NCBI GenBank assembly: GCA_000934665.2
Contig: KZ538052.1
Span: 1-64,000 of the forward strand
Direction: 5' to 3'
Source: Catajapyx aquilonaris
Lineage: Eukaryota
Length of the DNA stretch: 64,000 nucleotides
Shown: positions 24,097 to 35,700 of the stretch, one piece after another
Layout: each line of letters begins with the position of its first letter
Position numbering within the stretch: position 1 is the stretch's first letter
Position numbers and translations under genes: made by a program
Notes under the pieces: model-generated
The model's database searches: none
What the model saw: the letters and a program-made list of their open reading frames with translations, nothing else
Told to the model about the DNA's origin: nothing

Positions 24097-25312
24097 GTGG
24101 CAGAAGTTGGTTCAAATGAAAAGCGTTCCACAATGACATTCGTATATGATCTATTTCCTGGCAATGGCCGATGGATTGTGGGCCTGATCGCTTACTTGGT
24201 CAGAGACTGGAGGTCCCTCCTTTTGGCTTACACTATCCCGATGATCATAACCGCAGCACCATACTGGTAAGAAACAGCACCGTTGTTTTACAACCAGTTT
24301 CTGCATAACCAAAAAATTTGCAGGTTATTACCCGAATCTCCCAGATGGCTTCTGGTCAAAGGCCGAACCTCTGAAGCAGAAGAGGTCATCCGCAAGGCTG
24401 CCAAATGGAACAAGAAACAACCACCAGATCCGGATGTGCTTCACAACCTGATCGAAGCCAGCCAAGAAGAACGGAAGGCTGAGAAAAAGAAAGGTACCGT
24501 ATCTCACCTTGGTACCAAAACAACGTTGTTGTGACATGTCACTTTGCAGTGTCATGTACTGGAGTAGTTCGAGCTATGTTAGTGTTCGTGAGGACAAGAA
24601 AAATGAGGCAAAGAAGCATCCCGATGTTCTTCTGCTGGTTCGTCATATCGTTCGTGTCATATGGACTGTATTTTCACTTCGGAAACCTCCCGTTTAATGT
24701 GTACATGCTGCATATCATCAATGGCGTGTTGGTCACCCTCACCAGAGCAGTCACCATCTTGTGGCCTCTTCCGGACATCCTGGGTAGGAAGAATTGCTTC
24801 CTTGGATGTCTTATTTTAGGAGGAATATCCGGACTTGTGATTCTGGCTGTTCCTCATGGTAGGTCCCATCTAGTGTAATGTGGCTAAAAGAGTTTGCATG
24901 ACCTGCATTGTGATTACAGAGTGGGAATGGCTTTTGGTGACCCTGACCCTAGCATGCAGTGCTTTTGTGTCACAAACTTTCACCCTGGTGTATCTCTACA
25001 CCGCCGAACTGTTCCCAACCGAGGTCAGGAACACGGCCATCTCATGCGGATCCATATTTGCACGATTTGGAGGATTGTCAGCACCGTTTGTGGCCAACTA
25101 TTTCGTGAGTTACAGCCATTGTAATTGTTAAAACTTGTTGCTAATTCCTGTTATTACAGTATGGATTTCACTACACTATTCCTTCGGCCATATTTGGAGG
25201 AATGTCTGCACTGGCGGCTGGAGTATGTTACTTTTTGCCAGAAACAAAAGGAGTGCAGATGTGTGAAACTGTAGCTGAACTGGAAGGCACAAGTAGTAAG
25301 CAGGAAGAATAG
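23175..25312 (+). CDS. SLC22 / organic cation transporter-like MFS protein, 544 aa (exons 23175-23392, 23447-23618, 23680-23783, 23859-24013, 24098-24266, 24324-24493, 24550-24858, 24920-25104, 25160-25312)
   Basis: Motifs GGFGRW, PDHWC, STIVTE|WELVCDR, LSDRFGRR, LPESPRWL, ELFPTEVRN and LPETKG. All introns are GT-AG with consistent phases. Confidence 0.92.
24016..24093 (+). repeat. (ATT)26 microsatellite making up almost all of SLC22 intron 4 (24014-24097)
   Basis: The intron reads GT-(ATT)26-ATAG, 84 bp. Confidence 0.9.
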
Positions 25313-26706
25313 GTCATCCTACTGATGATGTGAAAAAGGGCACTGTTATTTACTTACCAAGTTTATTAGCAACTGTGGGGTTTCTGTTAGACAATATCAA
25401 CAATATTCTTCTGACAGGAAATAAAACTCATAAAAGAGATCACTTTTATCCACTTCGTTCCTCTGACGACAGCACTTGGATATACTACTTTTTCTCACTC
25501 GCTCTTTCTTACCATTTTTTTTTGGAAAGTGTTGAAGCACCAGTTATCACCAGTCACTCTGTCCAGTCTTGGTCACTTATGTTTAGAGTTGTCTTAAAAA
25601 ATAAACCAATTGCACAACGTGACTTCACTTTTTCACCCGCACCGTAAAATACTGTATATATTAGGGTGGGAGCTTAAAACAAGGGTGTAGGGTTATTGGG
25701 ACTGAGATCAAAAAATGGTTTCAATAGTGTCTGACTAGCACCAAATCCTAGTGTAATAATTAACAACTGTCGGGGTCCCTTTCTTTTTTGTTCTCATTTT
25801 TGTGACAAAAGTCCAAACAGACAGGTCTCTCTTGACATATGCTCATGTTCCACCTCTTTCATCACATCTAACTGCTGCATAGGTGACTCACATCGAGTTG
25901 ACCCACCTTTCAACAACAACCTCAAAAAATATTATAACATGCTCCAAAATTAAGATTTGAACTATTAATTAGTCAATATTCCCTGGGGCTGATACCCCCA
26001 GATCCTTCTATATTTTATGTTACATTTTATGTCGAGGGGAAAACAACTTTATAAATCCAGTGCCCAGTGCTCACATTCAGATTGTCATTCACACAAATCA
26101 TCTGTATAGTGAGTTCCAACTGAAATGTCCAGAGTAGTTGACAATTTTATGGACTGAGAAGCTTGTAGTTAAACAGTTACTCTGGAACAGCTACTAGAGG
26201 GAATCTGAAATATTAGCTGATAATATTAGGTCAAATGCGTTAATCCTCAAAATGACGATCTGATGAGTGAAGAGCACCACCTTGGCATTTCACAGCCAGA
26301 ATTCTTACATTCACCTTAATACTAGCAGCTAATATTTTAAATCGAAATAACTATTAAAAATTAACTGCTTAAAATAAACAGCGACGATCCAAAATTGCTA
26401 GTCGCTAGACATTTCAGTTGAAACTACAAATCCACTAGCTTTCCATAAACCCTCAACAACTCACCCATATAAATCCACACAGCAAATCCTCCAACAATCA
26501 ATCATAAATGAGTTGTTCACCCCTCGCTTAATTATATTACTGGCTAAATCCCTCCCATCAGGTCAACTCGGTGTGATTCGCCAGTACCTGTCGCTTGGAC
26601 TCGATTCGTTGGATTATAGAAAATTCGGCACGGACGGTCATCCCCCTCTTCCCCATTCCCTTAGAATCCCATCAGAGTCCGTCTCACCACCCTAAGACGC
26701 TTACCC

Positions 26707-29700
26707 TCACCGCCTCTTGAGCAGAGGCTGCTCTTCACCCCTGGCAGGCCTGGGCGTAGTTGGCGCAGGTGGCGCCGAAGCCGACGGAAGCCTGTAACTA
26801 TCCGAGACTGTGGAGATGGCCGGGTCGGTTGGCTCCCCTGAAGGGTTGCCTGGCTGCTGGGGAGGTGCGGGCGAGGCGGCCGAAGACGAGGAGGAGGACG
26901 AGGGACTTCTGCCCCGGGCCAAGCTCCAGAGGGAGTGCGAGAGGGAGGAGAGCGACGGGAGGGCGAAGGGAAGGCTGTGTCGAGGTCCGCCCAGAGACGC
27001 GCTCCGTTGCCTGGGCGAAGGCTCCTCCAGGGACTGGGCGCTCAGGAGCTGCTTGCCCAGCCGCAAAGGTTGACGTTGGTGCGAGGAGGATGGCGAAGAG
27101 CAAGAGGACGAAGGATCGGGAGGTGGGGAGGTTTGTGGTGCGGAGGCAGAGCTCGTGGTAGCGCTCGGGGCAGGGCTGGGAGAAGGCTTGCCGGTCAGGC
27201 GGTGACGCTCCTGGAACACACGGCGACCTAGGACGGCCCAGCGACGGAGGTCGTCCTCCTCGTCCACGCCCATTCCACTGCGATAAATATGGGCATGATT
27301 AGACATGACATCAGCTGAGCACCATAGGCAACATGTTAAAAACCCACCTCCTACTCCACCTTCTCCGAATGGTAGAGGACGGGGAGGCACTTCCCGAGGG
27401 CTTCCTGAGCTGCTCTGCGCTGATGGAGGGCGATGGCCTGGCGCCAAACCGCTCTGGAACGTTCCTCTGTTGATGAGCGTGCCTTGAGCCGCTCTCCGAC
27501 TCGTCCAGACTGAGGGTCTTGGAGAGAGCCCTGACTCTCCTGCCCCTGGAGTGGAGCAGGTCCTCCAGCATTTCCAGCTCCGATCCGGACAGACCAGTCA
27601 ACTCCCCCTCTTGTACCACGTCCCGGATCTCGTCGATCTCGCTCTCCAGGTGACGCAGTTCCGCCGCCTCGCGTTCCTGACGTACGCGAGCCTCATCCCG
27701 ACGGTCCATCTGCTCCGCCAGCATCTGCACCTCCCAGTCGCGGCTGCTCAGCTCTTCTTCGCTGCCCTGAATCAGAAGGTGAGAATCACCAGAACGTCAA
27801 CTCACAGGCATATTAGAGGCATCACGCTCCTGGTACAACGCAGCCTCGTCACAACAACAGCTATATATCCATTGACGGAACTCAACCTGATACCATATAG
27901 TAAACGATAGTACTGATTACTGTGTGCTCTGCGCAGCTTTAAGTTACAATTTCAATGCATCTTTTGTGCAGGATAAAAATATTTATAGTACAGTACATAC
28001 CAATTGCGAAGAACATGTACCGGTACCTTTGCGAAGTCGTTTGACTTTCGTCCGTTAGATGGAATGTACTGCACTGGATGGCTCGCGAAATGGAAATCCC
28101 CACCCTGGGTCCAGGACACCATAAAGTTCGTAAACTAATTGGCATAAACTACGGCTTTTACGACGCTATAGTGTCATATTCGCTCTAATTAGTGGAGCAA
28201 TTGCGTAAAGAATTTTATGCCCAGATTGCGGGTCTAAACATTATACATTAACTGCTATTAATATGTCAGGCACCAGGCCACATTGCTGTTTTAATAAGCA
28301 GCTGATCGGCAGGGTGTATGCGATAATAAGCAAGTAATTAGCAAGTAACTATTTTTGCAAGGCAGAACGTGTGTCATGGAATGTCAATGAATTCCGCCAA
28401 AACAAAAATCTACCTATTATTGCTGATGTCAGATTATGAAACTGAATAATTAATTAATAAATGTAACAAACCTTGCAAAATATTCGCCTGCCTTTTAATG
28501 TCATTTTCTGCATTTGATTCTGGTTAAAAGTAGCTGCTTAATAATTATTTGAGCTCCAAATAACCGGATATTTCTATGGAAATAGCTAGACTAGACGGCA
28601 CACAGCCACCCGACACTTACCGAATTATCGTCACTACTTCCTTCCCCTGACCCTGAGTTCCTTTCCTCTTCCTCTTCCTCCTCGACATCCTCTGCTTCTT
28701 CCTCCTCGTCCTCATCCCCATCCTCAGTGTCGGTGGACTCGACCCTAAGCACCACAGCATCCGACTCCCAGTGCGGCCCTTCCTCCCCGTCCCTCCCTAT
28801 GCCCCTCATCCCCCTGATCCCCATCGCTCCCATATGGTTGCTCTTCCCGTCCCCGAACTCCAGCTGCCACAGCTGCTGGGGACTGATGGACGGAGGCAGC
28901 TCCTGAAGCTCCATCACCTCTTCCTCCGACCTCTCGTCCCACGACCTAAGGGCTTCTCTCTGCAGCAGCCCCACCGCGTCCTCTGCCATCACGTTGTCCT
29001 CAAACACGTCGTCGTCCCCTTCCTCCTCGTCATTGCCCAGGGGATGGGTCGGCGACCGGTGGATTATGGTGTCCATGGAGTCTCCTCGCAGGAACACGGC
29101 CTCACTCTTGCCCCCTTCGGAACTGTCCTCCTCGTCTCCTTCCTTGGCCTCGGCCTCCAGCTCCTGTATCCTTTGCTGAAGCCGGCTTATGATCTCGTCT
29201 CTCCGTCGCACCTCGGCCTCCAGCGACCTGAACTTCTCCTGGAACTTGTTTTGGATCTCCTCCATCCTGGACTGGATCACCTCCTTGATCCCTCCAAACA
29301 CCTGCGCCACGTGCTCCTCCTGCTGTGGCAGTAGCTGAGGTTGAGTGTTCAGCAGCTTCTTCTCCTCCACTAAAGGCACGATCTTCAGCAGCTTGTTCTG
29401 CTGCTGGAGGTCAGACAGGATCTGGTGGTATTCCTCCAGGCTGGGAAAGGTACGGGGTGGTGATCCAGGGGGCGGTGGGGGAAGAGGTGGCGGTGGCGGT
29501 GGTGGAGGTGGAGGTGAAGGTTGGGGTTGGGGTGATGACGGTGGAGGAGGATGTGGAGGTGGCGGCGGAGGCGAAGGCGGCGGAGGCGGAGACAGTGCAC
29601 CTTCTTGATGGAAAGTGACGCTCTTGGTCAGTTTCTTTGTCTGGTGCCTGGCGACGTAGCCTTCCAAGGTAGGGGCTCTCATCAGAACCTTTAGTTTTTT

Positions 29701-32700
29701 CTTGGTTTCCAGCTCGACGACAGGCGGGATCTCTTCGGCAGACAGGCCCCGAAGAATGCTCTTCAGGTTCTGCCGCTCTAGGGTATCGTCGCTGTCAGGC
29801 GAAGAAGAGCCTCTTGGAACATCCGTCCTCGCATCCTCTTCCTGAGTGGTGACATCTGTGTGTGGAAGGCATGTTATGCATTGTGCTTCTGAGTGCTTGT
29901 ACAGTATACATAGGTTAATCCATAACAATATTTTGACGTACCTGTGAGAGCAGGAGCGTCGAGAGCGGATGAAGAGTCGTCCCCGTCCCCTTTCTCGCCA
30001 GACACCTCCCTCCTCTCCAGGTCAAAGTCTAACCCAGTGACTGTGGGATCAGAGTCGCTGCTGCTGTGCACCAGCCGGCCTGAGCTACTCCTTCTGGACT
30101 TGTAGAGGGAGTGAAAGGCGCTGGGCTCCCCTCTCCCAGCGGTCACCCCTGCGTTCCCACTGTCCACACTGGAGCTCCTGGTGAGGGCCACCCGCTGCTC
30201 CAGCTCGGCCAGTTTCTGCCGCTCGTACAGGATCTTGAGGCGCTTCACAAAAGGCAGCCCAGAGTACTCCGGGGAGAGGTCGTCCACGGACATGTAGATC
30301 TTGGAGTCCTTGTCCAGGTTGAGCAACTTGGGTTTGCGCTTCTCGGGAGGAGTGGTCGAAGGAGACTCCGGCTTGTTGGCGGCTGCTGGTTCAGACTCAG
30401 TCGGAGGCTCGGACGACGGTGGGGTGCTTCCGGAGTCCCCACCGTCCGGATCCTCCCTGTCATGTTGTGGAAATGACGCCCTTGGGGGTGGAGGGGGTGG
30501 CGGTGGCGGTGGTGGAGGTGGAGGTGGAGGTGGAGGTGGAGGTGGAGGTGGAGGGGGAGGCGGAATACCCCCTTCCGATGGAGGATTGCAGGCAGCTGGT
30601 GGTTCGACTGGTTTGTCACAGGGCACCTCCGGTTCTGCGGGAGACTCGATGGACTTGGATTCTCCTGAGACGCAGACCGAGCTGCGCACTATGGGCCACT
30701 TGAGTCCTTTAGGAGGTGTCTTTGGGGGAGGCGGCTTCACTGTCACTGTGATGGTGGGGGCTGGCGCCTCTTTCTTTTGGCACACGGCCTCTTCCTTTTG
30801 CGCGGAAGAGGCAGTCATCTCCTTCGCGTCTTTGGCATCCTTGGCCTTCAGCAGCCTTAGCCTCTGAATCATAGGTAAACCTTCGCCTATCACTTCATGA
30901 GTCACCTTTGGCTCCGGCTTCTTGTCTTGCTTCCGCTTCCCTACAGTGATTGCATGATGCATTATTCACTTACTAGTACCTCCACAGGATAACCATCAGT
31001 GAAACTCACATGGGCTACTTCAACTAATGAACCATGCTTACAAGGAAACCGTAAGTGCAGTATTACGGACGAGATTTGTTAATCCAGAGCCATTAGGCAA
31101 GTAAAGCCGTCTGTATTAGTCTGAGCACAGGACCTTACTGCATTTTGCATTTACGGCGTTTTTGATAATGACAACCCAGCTGCGCCACTGAGAGTAATGA
31201 TCTATCTGAAGTTCTTACTTATCTATGCAATATTAAGCAGAATCAACCGTTTTGAATTCACACTGCGTGTAATCATACTTACATAAGGGTTTGGCAGTGG
31301 GAGGCGGCTCCTCGTCCTTGGTTTTCTCCTTTTTCTCAACATCATCCTTCTTTTCCTTCTCCTTCCTTTCCCTATCTTCCTTGGCTTTGAGCAATAGTAA
31401 CCTCTGGAGCAGTGGCAATCCAGCCCCGATAACCTCCGGCTCCGCACCCTTACTCTTCTCCAGCTCAGTCCTGCTCATTCTTCTCTCCCTGCCGTCAGAC
31501 TCGTGCCTCTTCTTCTCAGACTCCATTCTCTCTTTCTCCTCCTTCTCTTCTATGTATTTCAGCATCCTAAGTCTCTGCATTAAAGGCAGACCCGCTCCTA
31601 TCACCCTCTTCGGAGCCTCGCCGGATGGCTCCACCAGTGAAACTTTCTTCTTCACTTCTTCCTCCGCTCCCTCGTCGCTGCTGACCCTTGACATTCTTTT
31701 GAGGACACCCCTGGCTGGAGTCTGTCCTGCTCCTGGAGGAGAGGTGGCTACTCCTGGACTTGCCTCCCGACTGGTCCCAGTGCTGGTTGAATCAGCGTGG
31801 AATTTCCTTCGAGGAGAAGGAAAAGAGAGGTCATAGTACACGTGCCATGATTACTTCCTGATGAGAAGAGTGGGTGACATTCATGTTCAAGACGCATATA
31901 TTGAAATATCAAGAAATGTCTCAGGCTTCAAAGTATCTTTACATCGTCATCACACGAGAAGAGATTGCGCACAAATTTTGGTCACTGATCATTCATCAAG
32001 TCGCCTCAACTCGTGTCATCACCATGTATGCAAATGTCTGTGTAACTGCTAATGTTGATTGAACGCAAGATGCGGTGAAAATATTTTGAAGCCCTAGTGT
32101 AAACAGTAGATAAGTCGTCTGATAGGACATACACCTCACAGCTGGAGAAACATGCAAGTACAAGACGGTATTTGAAGATAGCCATTATTTCGTACAACAT
32201 ACCCCACACACAAAACCATCACAAGTTCCAAAACGGTCCACCAAACACAAGCGAAGAACGAACGGAGCAAACAGCAGCATTAGTGCAACAAGCGAAACCA
32301 CACAACACAACACCATGTACTACTGTGTGGAAGTCTTAAAGTTGGTGCTGTTGTAGGTGTTCTTTTGGCGTTTTTTGTTTGCTTGTTTGTATGTTTCCAT
32401 TGTCAGAAGCTTACTTAAGTATCCTCATCTTGAGCTTAGGAGGCTTCTCCACAGAGTTGTCCGTCTCCACCGAAGGATTGTTTTCCTTCGCCAGGGCGTC
32501 TCCTTCGCCTGAATCGTCCTTGCTGCTGAAGCGAGAGGCCCAAGCTCAAAGCATTTTTTGTACAATATACCCTCCTCACTTTTTGGGCCACATATTTATC
32601 ACAAAAGCAATTTGGCGATTGCGTTGCATAATGAGAAAGGCTGCACACAAGACATACCGAATGGAGATTTGCAGAGAATCTGACCAATCTTTTTTTTTTT

Positions 32701-35700
32701 ACTTTGCACCTATCATATCACTTTGCTCAATCCATTTTTGTCACATGGTATTTTTGTCCGGCGGAATTCTCGTCCCTGTGCCTCTTCGTCTAAAGCGACA
32801 CTTCGCCAAAAACCAAAAACCCATTTTCTGCACTATAAGGGTAGAATATGAGGGAATTCTTCTCATTACGTTTATTGTTAACAACATGCAATTAAGAAGA
32901 AAACATTTTCTATCCATGAACTACCCTCAATGATACACCTGGGCCTTTGACAAAATTATGCGGACAATGTGTTGTTTTGGACAAAGAGACTACTGGAATT
33001 CATCAGACGAAAATTAATGCTTTTGGGTGGTATTTCAACAGACGAAAAGTGGTTCTTTTGTACTTCTCAGGTTTTCATCCGTGTTATACCACTACCATAA
33101 GATTGTGCCACTAGAGATCGGTCAGTTTTCCTGCTATCCGACACACCCACCCATAACCAACAAGCACCCACCTAGACGTGCTCTTCCGGCTCTTCCTGAT
33201 GACATTCTTCAACCCCTTGACATCACTCCTCAGCTTGTCTACAATCCGCTTTCCAGTGGTCGAATCCGACGAATCCACAGGAGAAGCCTCCTTCCCAATG
33301 ACTGCAGGAGCCACCCCTCTCCTGGCGTTGTCTGCAGGTCTCCTACAGGACGCCTTCCTGGCCTCCATCAGCCTCTTCCTCCCCAGGGTCTGGAGTATCT
33401 CCTACAGAAAGGGCAGCACAGCGTAGTCCCCTACTAAATTCGTGCAATCGCATGACGTTCCTTGCGGTGTCATCCGGCCACACAACACCTGGACACACTC
33501 ACCTGAGCTTCCGGAAAGTCCTTCATGGCATTCAGCACGTCCTCTCTAGACAGACTGAAGAGCTCCGAGTATCCGACAGACCTAACATCTGCCGTTCGCC
33601 TGTAAATCACACAAGTATGACTATCCAGAATAAATTCGTATCATTCATTACATACTTATTGAGGCCATCCAGGTTGAGGATGCCAATTTCGCCGAAGAAG
33701 TCTCCAGCTTTCATGGCTGTCAGCACCTTCCCGGTTTCGCTGCAGGATGACACACAAAAGATGTCTCATAAATCTGTCATGACTCTAGGGGGGAGGATAT
33801 TGGCTCTCCACCCCCTTTATTCAGTTCAAGTCTCTTCGGGCCTTCTGTCCTGATGCAAGTTATGCCAGGAGAATGATCCCTATTCAGGCGACCCACTTGG
33901 GTTTTACGGGTTTAACCCGGAGGGTTTATGTCAATACTTGCATTTACATCCTCTAACTTTGAAGGGGTTGAACTTGTGACAGGCTCCAGGAGAATGGCCT
34001 TACTAAATCTGAGCCGTTCAAGGTAACAGATGCACTTCAACTTTTCAGACTGCACAAACAGTCCTCTTGAATTTATATGATATCAAAGTAGTTGCTCTAC
34101 TTTTTGAGTCTGGCGCATGCAGGGTCTGCTTTCCTTGCAATTAAATCTGCTGACTTCAAATCTGCAACGGTTAATGACTGCGGAGGATGCAAACAAATAA
34201 AACATTTGTATGAAACGGATGAAGAGCTAATCCTACCAAATGAGAAGGTAATTGAAATTCACAGCCTTGCTTTCCCAGTTCTATAACTATATACCCCCAT
34301 CTCTCCCTTCCCAAATATGGAGAAAATATCCGTCTCCTGCACCCTCCATCCCCATGGCATCAGCAGCACCAGGTGTTCCCTTCCTCACAAATTACCATTA
34401 GGCAGAAGCAAATGGCGAATGGTAACCTGCACCCCGTCAATCTTTCGAGAGGAGGCTTACACCATCTCATAATGCCCCCCTGCTTGCAGATATCTGCCTT
34501 TCAAAGCGCTCTTGCCTTTTTATGTCAACTTTAAAAAGAGGGACCTGGAGGTTCTTTTCTAACCCCTAATCTGCACTGTGGCCGTGACACTATTGATTCT
34601 TCCATCTTGGCACTCATCCCTGCCAATATTAGGATGAGTTTAATCTAATGGTGAGAAACAGGATGAAGCGACATCTATTGATGGCGCCGTCTAAGTACAG
34701 CAGCACCCCCATCCAATTGAAGTCGGAAGATATTTTTGGGCTTTCTAAGTGTACCTGATGACCTCCAGAATGCCATCTGCAATGATGAACATTTCCCTGG
34801 CCACTTCTCCCTTCCTGCAGATCAGGTCTCCCGGAGTGAAGATGTAGGCCTTCATCTTCAGGACCAAATCATGGAGGAACTCGGGCTGACACTCCTGGAA
34901 GATCGTTACCTAATAGGGAAAGAAGACGAAGAGACAATAATTTATTCATCCTCAGAAGTTTCCTATATCAAGATCGATTTGGCTCACCTTCTTTAAGACA
35001 CTGAGATTCACATGGAGGGCAAGTTCAGTCTTCAGTTTGTCCGGCAGGAGTCCAAGAGCGGTGTTTATGTCTCCCCCGCCCTGGATTCTCCCTCTGAAAC
35101 ATACAAATTGTCATTCAAAAAGGGCATGTCATTTGTTCAAATGTGTCCATGAACCTTGAGAGGTCCACGTAGTAGTTACATAACGCTAAGAGCTGCATTT
35201 GCAACATTAATTCCCCGTCTCATTAGAACCCCTGCCACAAAATGGAAGGCCCCTCGACGGTTCTGAATTTTTAAAGACCTTTAGGACGAGCATTACTGTA
35301 CATCCAAATGAGTCCATCCGGCTGATTATCCTCACCTGGACCAGGAATAATCGTACCATCGAAGCACCCTTCGTTGCATATCTCTAGGCACCTTGTGATG
35401 CCTCATGTACATCTTCGCTCCGTCCTGTCAAGACATAGTTCATTAGAAAATAGTCTGTTCAAACAATAGTATGGCACTTACCAGCAGCCTTTCGAATTCG
35501 AGTCTGTTGGCATTCCTGTTGGTTATTACGTTCCCGACTTGGCCTGTAGAGGAACATAAAAATACCAAATGAGAGAAATATGAAGCACGTGCACGGTCGA
35601 TACCACGGCATTGCTTTTTGGCCCATTCCCATTTCCCACTTTACAGGCCTTTTTCTTCTTTTTTTTCTAGAAAAGAGTGGGGGGGCGATAGAAGACTTCC

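Noticed and set aside
23847..24164. Minus-strand poly-Ile ORF
   Set aside because: Antisense reading of the ATT microsatellite within the SLC22 gene.
26760..31836. Many plus-strand ORFs (poly-Gly, Ser/Phe-rich)
   Set aside because: Antisense shadows of GC-rich, low-complexity Cngl exons.
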